Virus record (IMG/VR): IMGVR_UViG_2597489997_000001
Location: 220,758 to 284,757 of that record
Origin: a virus
Lineage: Duplodnaviria > Caudoviricetes
Reading direction: 5' to 3' (one strand)
Length of the DNA stretch: 64,000 nucleotides
Made by a program: the position numbers and the translations under genes
Shown: piece after piece, positions 19,027 through 27,738 of the stretch
Layout of the letters: every line of letters begins with the position of its first letter
How positions within the stretch are numbered: the stretch's first letter is position 1
Notes under the pieces: model-generated
Database searches by the model: none
The model's input: the letters and a program-made list of their open reading frames with translations, nothing else
Told to the model about the DNA's origin: nothing

Positions 19027-20133
19027 ATGAGCGAGAAACAAAAGATGTCCGATATTCAAAACCAAGCCAATCTGATTAAGCTGGCTCAATTCCTTCGCCT
19101 GGATGTGTTAGATAATGAAGTAATGGTTATCGAACATCAAGAATGGCGTGATCGTTACAAAGTATCCCTGGCTGGAAATATCTGGTACGTCAAAACCCAA
19201 GCTGTCCCTCATTTCTGGTTGGCACTTGAGAAGGGCGACTATAACTCTATCGGTGAATTGTCAGAAGGTAAAGACGAGCTGGTTAAATTCCGTCATGCTC
19301 CGTCTATCCAACTCATCGATCGTAACTTTGATCAAACAGGTCCTTTGTCCGAACTGATGGGTGAAGACTTCATCAACATCGATCGTCGCATGTCTGGTCT
19401 GGTTAACGCTGGTGCAGCGAACATCCGTGACATTGCCAAAATGATCAATACTGAAATGGATCTGGTCAACAAAGATACTGACGTTGTTAAAGACTTCGAT
19501 GGTATTCTGACTTTCAACACTCCGGTCGGTAAAGACTTCAAACTGGAACTGTGTTTCGATAAAGTGAAACCTGTTGATGAAGGTAACGAAAAGATCGAGA
19601 TCCAACGCACCCCTATTACCAAAGAAGACCAGGATACATATCTGCGTGGGACTGGTAAGAAAGTCGTTGATCGTCTGAATGAAGTTACCAAGCTGGTACA
19701 GTCTCTTCTGAATACACCTAAGGTTCAGTCTAACCCAGAGCTGCTCGACTATGCTGTACGAGCTGTAGAAGTTACCCTGACTATGGCGTTCCTGAACCAG
19801 ACCATCACTTACATCTCCTTCGGTGGTGTTGATGATTGGCGCCCACAAGGCGAGACTACTCCTAACAATGAAGTCTGCATGAAAATCCTGGATGATGAAG
19901 TTGAACACCTGATCAAATTCCTGGATGACATTCCTAAACAGGAAGGTGTTGATGTGTACTCCATCGATATGGATACCTTTGCGATCTTCGGCCGTAACAA
20001 TGACAACCGTGTGGTAACTCCTGCCCTGCAAGGTTATACTGGTGACATTCTGAAACGTTACTCTCGTGGTTTCGAACGACTGTTAGCAATCCGCATGGGT
20101 CTGTCCGATAACGCGCACTTCTTCAAGGCGTAA
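19027..20133 (+). CDS. hypothetical protein
   Basis: 368 aa, strong codon bias. Confidence 0.85.
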   Translation: MSEKQKMSDIQNQANLIKLAQFLRLDVLDNEVMVIEHQEWRDRYKVSLAGNIWYVKTQAVPHFWLALEKGDYNSIGELSEGKDELVKFRHAPSIQLIDRNFDQTGPLSELMGEDFINIDRRMSGLVNAGAANIRDIAKMINTEMDLVNKDTDVVKDFDGILTFNTPVGKDFKLELCFDKVKPVDEGNEKIEIQRTPITKEDQDTYLRGTGKKVVDRLNEVTKLVQSLLNTPKVQSNPELLDYAVRAVEVTLTMAFLNQTITYISFGGVDDWRPQGETTPNNEVCMKILDDEVEHLIKFLDDIPKQEGVDVYSIDMDTFAIFGRNNDNRVVTPALQGYTGDILKRYSRGFERLLAIRMGLSDNAHFFKA

Positions 20134-20153
20134 TTTCAACAAACAAACATATC

Positions 20154-20188
20154 GCTTAGCGAGGCCGAAACCTCGCTAAGCATTTATG
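20154..20188. terminator. bidirectional terminator
   Basis: GCTTAGCGAGG-CCGAAA-CCTCGCTAAGC between convergent genes. Confidence 0.8.
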
Positions 20189-20192
20189 CTGT

Positions 20193-20969
20193 TTACAGTT
20201 TTTTAGCTTCATCGATCTGCAATTGCAGAATACGAGTCAGTTCACTTAACTGGGCTACCATCATACCAGCAAAGGTAATGGTTTCTACCAGTTCAGAGAT
20301 AGTGTCGTTCAGTAGACGGCTTGCGCTGTCATCCAGAACCATATCGCCTGAGTCGATTTTCTTCTTCAGCAGGTTAACAACGTAAACCACCTGGTCAGCA
20401 GATTTAGACAGTACTTCTATATCACGTGATTTAAGTGTCTCAACAACACGGTTGAAGTTCTGATCAACTTCCAGAGCAGTACCGAAGTTAGGGTACATCT
20501 GGTTCAAGGCACGAGTATAAACCTTGGTGTCTTCAAAGACCAGCTTAGCTTGTTGTTTGGTTTCATTAACCATGATCATCGCATCGACATTGCGAATCGA
20601 GTAAGGAACTTTACCCGTTGCTGCAATAGACTTGATGCCACGATAAACAGCGTCAGTTTGAGACTGAGCTAATTTAACCAGAGGGACTGCTTTCAGCACG
20701 AAATCAACATACTCTTTAAACGACATTTTGTCGGCATTAAAGAATACTGGAGATGGGATATGTTTGATAGAAACATCAAAGTAAACATTTCTGGCGGTGA
20801 GCTGTTTCCAAACTTCTTCACCTTTTACGGTGTGAATAGTTTTGTTAAAGTTCTTCGCGTTGAAGGAGTCGATCCCCAAGCTCAGTTCTTTAAAGAAGGA
20901 TGTCAGACGCTCGCCAACTGTTAGCGCTTCTGCACCAACGATTGCATCAAGATCAAATGTAATAGACAT
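20193..20969 (-). CDS. putative head protein (phiKZ gp153-like)
   Basis: Likely start MSITFDLDAIVGAE|A with a G-X-E site; divergent from UvsX as in phiKZ-like phages. Confidence 0.6.
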   Translation of the reverse strand: MSITFDLDAIVGAEALTVGERLTSFFKELSLGIDSFNAKNFNKTIHTVKGEEVWKQLTARNVYFDVSIKHIPSPVFFNADKMSFKEYVDFVLKAVPLVKLAQSQTDAVYRGIKSIAATGKVPYSIRNVDAMIMVNETKQQAKLVFEDTKVYTRALNQMYPNFGTALEVDQNFNRVVETLKSRDIEVLSKSADQVVYVVNLLKKKIDSGDMVLDDSASRLLNDTISELVETITFAGMMVAQLSELTRILQLQIDEAKKL

Positions 20970-21036
20970 GCTATGGCAAACTCCATTAGTGTGTTTTCGA
21001 AACGATTCATAACATTTAAACAAAAAGGGTATATAG

Positions 21037-22512
21037 ATGCTGACCGCATTGAATTTCTTAAAAGATTATGGTGCCGAATCCAACCTGCAAATCGGTTTGA
21101 ACGTATCACCAATCTTCGACATGCTGACCACTAGCATGATTAAAGGCAAGGATGGGGTTTGGTATCAGAACGGTGGACTGATGCCTATCAACGGTTTGGC
21201 TGGCGGTAACAACACCCAGAAAACTGGTAAGACTGTTAAAGACGTTGCAGCGCTGCTGTTCCGTTTTAAATCATCCGTCATTCTTTATGGTGATACTGAA
21301 TCTACTCTGGACATTTCTCGTCTAGCAGAAGAAGTGGATCGCCTGTTTGGTGAAGAAGGTTACTTCGCTGAAAACATCGAAGATATCCGTTTCCACTACA
21401 TGCCTAACTCCGCTGGTATCGATGGCACCGAACTACATAATAAAGTCATCGAGATCTATAAGACTATCCATGCACTGTCTGAATCAAAAGACAAAGCAGA
21501 ACAAGAAGCTTATAAGCAACTGTTCCTGGATACTCCTTTCTGGAGCGCTAAGGCTAATAAGCACGTTCAGGTAATGCAACCTATTCTGTTCATCTGTGAC
21601 TCCATCTCTGAAGTTCTGTTTGACAACCTGATGTTCAAACAGTTTGACGATGGTGATATGGATGAAGGCGGTAAGAAACGTACCCGTGACATGGAGATCG
21701 GTAACCTGCGTCGTATCTTGATGACAGATACCTGTATCCTTGGCCCACGTGTCGGTTTACGTTCTTACTGGATTGCTCAGTCCGCTGACGTTATTAACAT
21801 GGATGGTCGTCCTAAAGAAAAAGACTCCACCTTCCTGCGTCACAATAAGAAACTGGCTGCTCCGAAAGCGATGCTGAAATTACCACACATCGGTATCGAG
21901 ATCATTAAGGGTACAGTTCTTAAGCAGACAGACCACTCTGTAACTTATCCTCGCGGTAAAGATTCATTAACCTCTACCAACGCCAAGTCTAACCCAGAAC
22001 TGGTTCAGTACTTCACTACGGTCTTCCGTAACAAGTCTGGTTCATCTGGCGGTGATATTGCATTCGTTGCAAGTCAGGCTGAAGGTATCCTGGTTAACCT
22101 GTCAATGTACGACTCCCTGAAAGAGAACAAGTACTTTGGCCTGGATGGTAGTGCAGTGCGTCACTCTTGTGCATTACTGCCAGACGTTTCTATCACTCGT
22201 CCAACTGTTCGCGATATGATCGAAGGCCCAGATGCTAATCCTAAGCTTCAGCGTGCTATCGAGATTTGCTGGCAGCTGTGGTACGAACAAACATTCTGGG
22301 ACAACTTCCCTGAGGAATGGAAAATCACTCCAGCTCAACTTTACGAGAAAGGTAAAGAGCGCGGTCTGGATTGGGATGACGTTCTCGAAAACACAATCTA
22401 CTTCTGGCACGATAACCATGAAGTGATTAAGAAACATACATTAACTATCTACGAACTGATGGAAATCGTCGTGGGTGGTAAGAAACCATATTGGATCAAG
22501 GACAAGAAATAA
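21037..22512 (+). CDS. UvsX/RecA-like recombinase (phiKZ gp152-like)
   Basis: Variant Walker A GGNNTQKTG, YGDTE.T, Walker B FICDSIS, RNKSGSSG; synteny. Confidence 0.8.
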   Translation: MLTALNFLKDYGAESNLQIGLNVSPIFDMLTTSMIKGKDGVWYQNGGLMPINGLAGGNNTQKTGKTVKDVAALLFRFKSSVILYGDTESTLDISRLAEEVDRLFGEEGYFAENIEDIRFHYMPNSAGIDGTELHNKVIEIYKTIHALSESKDKAEQEAYKQLFLDTPFWSAKANKHVQVMQPILFICDSISEVLFDNLMFKQFDDGDMDEGGKKRTRDMEIGNLRRILMTDTCILGPRVGLRSYWIAQSADVINMDGRPKEKDSTFLRHNKKLAAPKAMLKLPHIGIEIIKGTVLKQTDHSVTYPRGKDSLTSTNAKSNPELVQYFTTVFRNKSGSSGGDIAFVASQAEGILVNLSMYDSLKENKYFGLDGSAVRHSCALLPDVSITRPTVRDMIEGPDANPKLQRAIEICWQLWYEQTFWDNFPEEWKITPAQLYEKGKERGLDWDDVLENTIYFWHDNHEVIKKHTLTIYELMEIVVGGKKPYWIKDKK

Positions 22513-22874
22513 TGTCAGACTTCAGTTACGATTACTCGGTTCTTGTTGTAGCAGAGCCGGACTTTCTGAACAAAGGTAAAGATATCGAAGCTTACATGGA
22601 TAAGCTTAATAAGTTCTTAACCAAACGAGCCGGTGAAAGTACATTCCGTCCGGTAACAGTATCTGGTAACTACGGTTTGAACCTGGCTGTTAAGATCGAA
22701 GTAGATGATCGTAACAAAACTGCCTTCTCTAAATCAATTGCGGATCATTTGATTCAATTTGATGACATTGTTCTGATCACGAACTTTGAGAAGGATCCGT
22801 ACCTGGATGTGTTAACTGGTTTAGCGTCGGAACTCTCAAAGCCTGTAACTATTTACAACTATGAGATAAAGTAA
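22512..22874 (+). CDS. hypothetical protein
   Basis: TAATG-coupled on both sides. Confidence 0.75.
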   Translation: MSDFSYDYSVLVVAEPDFLNKGKDIEAYMDKLNKFLTKRAGESTFRPVTVSGNYGLNLAVKIEVDDRNKTAFSKSIADHLIQFDDIVLITNFEKDPYLDVLTGLASELSKPVTIYNYEIK

Positions 22875-23554
22875 TGTTAAAGAACCGCAAAGAGATTGAA
22901 AACGACATCCTGTCATTGGCAGAACGTTTTACTCAGGGCGGGGGAAACAAAGAACTTTATGCAGGGCTGTTTAAACAACTTGATGATGAGGGGTTTAAGC
23001 AGTTCTGGAATAAGGTTTGTGATAGTGGATTTATCCCGATGTTTGTGGATAACTTCGACATGAAGGAAGGCATCAACTATGACCATATGGTTAAGCTTGC
23101 TGTCTCCCTTGCTATCCCCCTGGAACAACAGTTGGTATTCACCGATCCAGATACAGGGTTAGAACATACCACCCCAGAGACAGCTCTGGTTGGTTGGGCA
23201 GAAGTTCGTAAACAGCGTCAGCTGCAAGCCAAGAAGTTTGGTGCATCCAAACATGACTATGAGACTGAAGACCTGACAGGGCAACCTACAGGCGCTTCTA
23301 AAGCAGGTGGTATCTCTAACCCAGAGATCCAAGTTCTGCTGAGTCTTGGTCTTCCTACATTGGCTAAAGAGTTAGCTGACGTTCGTGGTGGTGACGCAGG
23401 AGCGTATCGTGCATATAAGAACGATATCTTGACTTCTGGTGTTGCCACTACCGAATCTGCTCTACAACGTGGTACTGGTGTTAAGTCACTTCAGACTGCA
23501 CATTACCTGTTACGTGCTCAGCACCTGGATAACAACCTGGCGGACCGCGATTAA
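22874..23554 (+). CDS. virion RNA polymerase beta subunit, C-terminal piece (phiKZ gp149-like)
   Basis: EDLTGQPTGASKAGGISNPEIQVL...KELADVRGGD resembles the beta C-terminal region (TQQP..G.....GG...GEME...EML..KSDD). Confidence 0.85.
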   Translation: MLKNRKEIENDILSLAERFTQGGGNKELYAGLFKQLDDEGFKQFWNKVCDSGFIPMFVDNFDMKEGINYDHMVKLAVSLAIPLEQQLVFTDPDTGLEHTTPETALVGWAEVRKQRQLQAKKFGASKHDYETEDLTGQPTGASKAGGISNPEIQVLLSLGLPTLAKELADVRGGDAGAYRAYKNDILTSGVATTESALQRGTGVKSLQTAHYLLRAQHLDNNLADRD

Positions 23555-24009
23555 TGGAAGAGAAGGATCCTATTGTCCTTCTGTTAAACTACATGGCCTC
23601 GGAGCTACATACCGAGGTCATTATTAACAGAGACAGCACAGATTTCTGGGAGAAGGCGCAGGACTATATCTTTGATAACTCTTTGGTATCTTTCCGTGAA
23701 GGCATTGACACTTTGTCGGAAGCGATCAAGAAAGAAAAGGATATGTACAACTACCTGTCGGCATTGGTGTTCCGTACCTTTGCTCAGCCATTCACCCTAA
23801 CTGCACTTAAACAGTTTGCTGACGGTTTCGATGCCACAGCAAGTGACCCTATTCTGGGTGGGTTTAATTTCACCGCAGCAAAACTCACGAACATAGAGAA
23901 GCTTATGCTTTTCTTCACCGTCCACCGTAACAAGATCACCATTGCACTCTTTGAGCGCGATGAGTTGATTAACCTGGAAAAGAAAAGTAAGGGAAAAAGT
24001 AGCCGATGA
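23554..24009 (+). CDS. hypothetical protein
   Basis: 151 aa, coupled. Confidence 0.75.
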   Translation: MEEKDPIVLLLNYMASELHTEVIINRDSTDFWEKAQDYIFDNSLVSFREGIDTLSEAIKKEKDMYNYLSALVFRTFAQPFTLTALKQFADGFDATASDPILGGFNFTAAKLTNIEKLMLFFTVHRNKITIALFERDELINLEKKSKGKSSR

Positions 24010-24740
24010 ATATCGATTTGTTTACCAACGTGGGCTCCCTCTTTGATGAACGTCGAGGCATCATTACCAAAGTTGCCATTGAAAGTGGTAACACCAAGTT
24101 CGATTGGAACACTAACTTCAGCGAGATTTATGCACGTCGTCGTTTCGACTACTTTAATCAACCCGAGTTAGGTATTACGCAAGAGAAATATCTTGAGCGT
24201 TTTGCTAAGCGTTCCATTGAAGACTTTGCTGACCACACCCAAGCTTTCATTCGTCCAAGTAAACTAATTCACAACATGTTTAAAATTGTACGTGAGATAG
24301 AATTTGGCGTAGGACAAATGTTATCAGTATCAACTTTCTCGTTGACTGTCAATATTTATCCTTATGTGATCGAGGGTGAACTGTTAGATGAACTGGCTTC
24401 GACCATCCGTGGAGCGATTCCATTTAACATCTCTCTATCCTTTGTAGATTTCCCGTATGAGAAAATAACTCCTGCGGTACTTCATAGCTACCAGTACGTC
24501 TTCCTTTATGACTTCATGTGTACACCACACTACGAGGTATACTGGAAAGAATATCCGAAAGCGCAACCTTCCAATGTGAAGTTTATCATTCCGGATGTAC
24601 TGGCAAAGAGCCCTGAAGAACTTCCCGAAGAAATGAGACGCGAAGAGCCGATCGAATTACTTGGAAAGATGAATGCAACTCAAGGCGGTAAAATTACCTG
24701 GGTGCCATATCCTAAAACCATATTCGACTATAAAGAATAA
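24006..24740 (+). CDS. conserved hypothetical protein (phiKZ gp147-like by synteny)
   Basis: 244 aa; SLFDERRG, LTVNIYPY motifs. Confidence 0.7.
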   Translation: MNIDLFTNVGSLFDERRGIITKVAIESGNTKFDWNTNFSEIYARRRFDYFNQPELGITQEKYLERFAKRSIEDFADHTQAFIRPSKLIHNMFKIVREIEFGVGQMLSVSTFSLTVNIYPYVIEGELLDELASTIRGAIPFNISLSFVDFPYEKITPAVLHSYQYVFLYDFMCTPHYEVYWKEYPKAQPSNVKFIIPDVLAKSPEELPEEMRREEPIELLGKMNATQGGKITWVPYPKTIFDYKE

Positions 24741-24745
24741 GGTCA

Positions 24746-24776
24746 ACCCCTGAGCCCTTCACGGGGCTCAGGGGGT
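24746..24776. terminator. bidirectional terminator
   Basis: CCCCTGAGCCC-TTCACG-GGGCTCAGGGG between convergent genes. Confidence 0.8.
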
Positions 24777-24796
24777 GTTTAACCTTTTGTTTGGTT

Positions 24797-25414
24797 TTAT
24801 GACTCTGGGTCCCAAGGAGTATCCTCGGAATCATCTTTGTCTTCAGTTGTTCCGGTAACTCGGATATCTTCCAATTCTGCAAAGGAAGCTTCAATCTCTT
24901 TAGAGTCAACGATCTGGTGGCCTTGATACAACTCTTCACCTTTGATCTCATCGTCTGGGTTAACAGACAGGTTAATCATAGGAGCCATTGGATCAAGAAT
25001 GATTGCTTGAGTGCCGTAGTTAGGAACAACAATGCGACCAGCTGTGATTTCATTAAGGGCGTTAGCAAACGTAGCAAAGTTAGCACGGTTGTCTTCCAGC
25101 TCTTTATCCTTCAGACGTTCTTTACGATCGTCACGTACGGCTTTCTCAAGCTGAGCCAGGATAGTGTTAATTGAGTCCAACAGCTTTGGATTGTTTGGTT
25201 TACTGATGTAGGTTTGGGTAGCGATATCCAGCACTAATGTTCTGTGCTTCTGAACGATGTTGATAAGTTCGTTCTCATTATCTTTATCCCCACGACCACC
25301 TGACAGAACAAACTGAATATCTTTAATCAGTTGGTCCTTGTCCTTCTCAGTCTTTAACTTTTCGTCTGACTGAGGAGCCGGATGAATTTCATCCCCGTAA
25401 TCTTCGTATGCCAT
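24797..25414 (-). CDS. hypothetical acidic protein
   Basis: ATG 25414 behind GGAG; helical core. Confidence 0.8.
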   Translation of the reverse strand: MAYEDYGDEIHPAPQSDEKLKTEKDKDQLIKDIQFVLSGGRGDKDNENELINIVQKHRTLVLDIATQTYISKPNNPKLLDSINTILAQLEKAVRDDRKERLKDKELEDNRANFATFANALNEITAGRIVVPNYGTQAIILDPMAPMINLSVNPDDEIKGEELYQGHQIVDSKEIEASFAELEDIRVTGTTEDKDDSEDTPWDPES

Positions 25415-25457
25415 GATATGCTCCAATACTTTTAATAAGACTATTATATTTCAGACA

Positions 25458-25474
25458 AATATTATCAAAGTAGA
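25458..25474 (+). promoter_or_regulatory. putative early promoter variant (AATATTATCAAAGTAGA)
   Basis: Core ATATTATC in divergent intergenic region. Confidence 0.45.
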
Positions 25475-25525
25475 TAAACGGAAATCTGTTTTAATAATAT
25501 TCGTTATAGTCTCGAGGAAATTAAA

Positions 25526-26080
25526 ATGTTCTTTCAAAAGTTATTAAACAAGATTCCATTCTTCCGCAATCGACAGATTAAGAAGATAAAAGAGGACCTT
25601 GTAGAAATTCAGCGCGACTTTGGTGAAGGGTTCTTTAACGACCGCTACATCATTAGTCTTCACAATATCCTAAATAACTCACTGATGGACTTCTCAGACG
25701 ATTTAGTGAGTGGGTCATTGAACAAGTTCAGCTCGTACACAAAGTCGTCTATGAGTGCTCTGAAGCTCATAGATAAGCCCGAATTGAAGAAGACTAGATT
25801 AGAGAAAAGTAACATCGTTTCTTTGACTAAGGAAACCGACTATTTCTCAGCCTGGTATTCTAATGAAGAATCTGTACGTGAGTTTATCGATAAAATGAGT
25901 CACTACATCGTAGCTCAGGTTTGGTTAGCAACCCCGAACCCAGACTACGAGGCTCAGGAAAAGATAGACCATTATATAAGCGAACTAAATAATGAAGTAT
26001 TTGACTCGCTAATCTACCGACTCCTTCTTGAGGATTTGGTTAGCATTGTATCATTCTACATAGAGAGTAAATATGAATGA
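25526..26080 (+). CDS. hypothetical protein
   Basis: 184 aa, GAGGAA RBS. Confidence 0.8.
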   Translation: MFFQKLLNKIPFFRNRQIKKIKEDLVEIQRDFGEGFFNDRYIISLHNILNNSLMDFSDDLVSGSLNKFSSYTKSSMSALKLIDKPELKKTRLEKSNIVSLTKETDYFSAWYSNEESVREFIDKMSHYIVAQVWLATPNPDYEAQEKIDHYISELNNEVFDSLIYRLLLEDLVSIVSFYIESKYE

Positions 26081-26483
26081 CAAAAAGAAAGCGTTGAGTT
26101 TTGGGAAGAACAAGAACTTTGTTCCCCCAGAGCAGCTTACCGATGTACCTAGCCGTCTTTTCAGAAAGATCACCCAGGTACTCGATATCAACATGGCCAA
26201 ATGGAAAACGTATCTGGATGATTACCTTCGTTGGATTCATCCCGACGACAGTGGTCCAGCTGCCGATGTTAAACGCAACCGTTCTACTGCTATGGGAAAT
26301 ATCCAAAGTACGTTATTCTTCTCTAAGACTCTGTCATGGAACAAGTTATTAATGGGATTGAAGATTGCCAAGATCGCAGAGATTGAAGTCATCTTTAAAA
26401 TCAAAACAGAATCTGGTGAGGAACACGTCATCACCGAAAAGACTATTCTGCGCAAATCCCCAAGGGGTAGTGGCGAAGACTGA
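26073..26483 (+). CDS. conserved hypothetical protein
   Basis: 136 aa; SRLFRKI...W...LDDY...GNI...LSWNKL..GL pattern. Confidence 0.75.
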   Translation: MNDKKKALSFGKNKNFVPPEQLTDVPSRLFRKITQVLDINMAKWKTYLDDYLRWIHPDDSGPAADVKRNRSTAMGNIQSTLFFSKTLSWNKLLMGLKIAKIAEIEVIFKIKTESGEEHVITEKTILRKSPRGSGED

Positions 26484-26489
26484 CGGAAT

Positions 26490-26542
26490 GTTACTCTACC
26501 TTCGGGTAGAGTAACCACACCCTACTTACTTTATTTTTTTTT
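26490..26542 (+). terminator. intrinsic terminator (cTTCGg loop)
   Basis: GTTACTCTACC-TTCG-GGTAGAGTAAC plus T-tract. Confidence 0.85.
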
Positions 26543-26553
26543 CAGGAATTGAC

Positions 26554-27681
26554 ATGACTCTCTTACAACGCAATGGTACGTTCCAAGGTGTTGATTTAAA
26601 TAACACTTTGCAGCAAGCTAACCGCTCCATGGGTGAGGCGGTATCTGGTTTAGATAAACAGCTAGTTAACCCATTCAAATCTATTACCGATGGGATACAG
26701 TCCGGTGTTGCATTAGTTAGTGAAAAGGAATCACAATTACTAAGCAATATCTCCAGCTATAAATCAGCAGCCATCGATGGGATCAATAACTCACTGAAGA
26801 ACCTAACAGGTGGGTTATTTAACATCGGGGACATTGGCTCGATTATCACGTATCAGGATGGGTTTAAAGTAGACACTAACCAGTTACTTCGTTTAGGAAG
26901 TAAAGGGCTAGGCTTTAACATCAACTCAATGATGGACTTGAAACAAGAGATAGGTGATGGGTTCTTAAAGGAACTGGACTCCATGACCTTTGGATTAGCC
27001 TCTTCTGTATTTCGTGCAGACGGCACCAAGATCTCTTTAGCCGATGACTGGAAGTTTGGAGTAGGTAACTCCATCATTGACTTCTTAGGTAAAGATGACC
27101 CAGAAGGATTCGGTACAGTAGTCAACGTGGCTGCTATGAACTCTATCCTTAATACCATGATCAACCAAACCGTCACCACAGGTATGTGGCAGGGCTATGG
27201 TAACTATGGTAACATGTACATCTTCGAATCAGATTACCATGGCGCATTGATTGATTCATTATCTATCGCTATTGGACGTGGTGATGCTAAATCTATCCAG
27301 ACCATTTTGGATATCATTGCAGAAGAAGGTGTATTAAAGGTTAATGCCAAATACCCTGATTTGATTGAACAGATGCTGGGTAACTTCACGTTCGGTAATG
27401 ATGTTACTGCCGATCAGTATCCAGAGCTTACAGCGCTGCTCCTGAAGGTCTGTGTTACAGTTGCTGGACCTAACTGGTACAAATACCCTACTCAGTTTGG
27501 TGATGCCTATAAACTGTCTCTGGTTGGCTTTATCTCTGAAGATGCTAAGACGTTACTGAATGAAGAAGAACCTCTCATTCCTTTACTCTGTTCATCTGGT
27601 ATCTTTGTTGAACAACGAGCACAGGACGTGTTCTTATCTGATTTCCCTAAAGCCGTCGTATTCGACAAAACAACAACATAA
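26554..27681 (+). CDS. putative virion structural protein
   Basis: 375 aa, AGGA RBS, adjacent to tail module. Confidence 0.6.
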   Translation: MTLLQRNGTFQGVDLNNTLQQANRSMGEAVSGLDKQLVNPFKSITDGIQSGVALVSEKESQLLSNISSYKSAAIDGINNSLKNLTGGLFNIGDIGSIITYQDGFKVDTNQLLRLGSKGLGFNINSMMDLKQEIGDGFLKELDSMTFGLASSVFRADGTKISLADDWKFGVGNSIIDFLGKDDPEGFGTVVNVAAMNSILNTMINQTVTTGMWQGYGNYGNMYIFESDYHGALIDSLSIAIGRGDAKSIQTILDIIAEEGVLKVNAKYPDLIEQMLGNFTFGNDVTADQYPELTALLLKVCVTVAGPNWYKYPTQFGDAYKLSLVGFISEDAKTLLNEEEPLIPLLCSSGIFVEQRAQDVFLSDFPKAVVFDKTTT

Positions 27682-27682
27682 A

Positions 27683-27738
27683 CATAACCCCTACCCCTCC
27701 GTAAGGAAGGGTAGGGAGTATATGCTTTATTTTTTTTT
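27683..27738. terminator. bidirectional hairpin (CCTAC/GTAGG family)
   Basis: 29-mer identical to 9054-9082; CATAA left flank, TATG and T-tract right flank. Confidence 0.8.

Noticed and set aside
9054-27716. CRISPR array or IS ends from the repeated 29-mer
   Set aside because: Copies are dispersed singly at gene ends, with no regular spacers, transposase or target duplications
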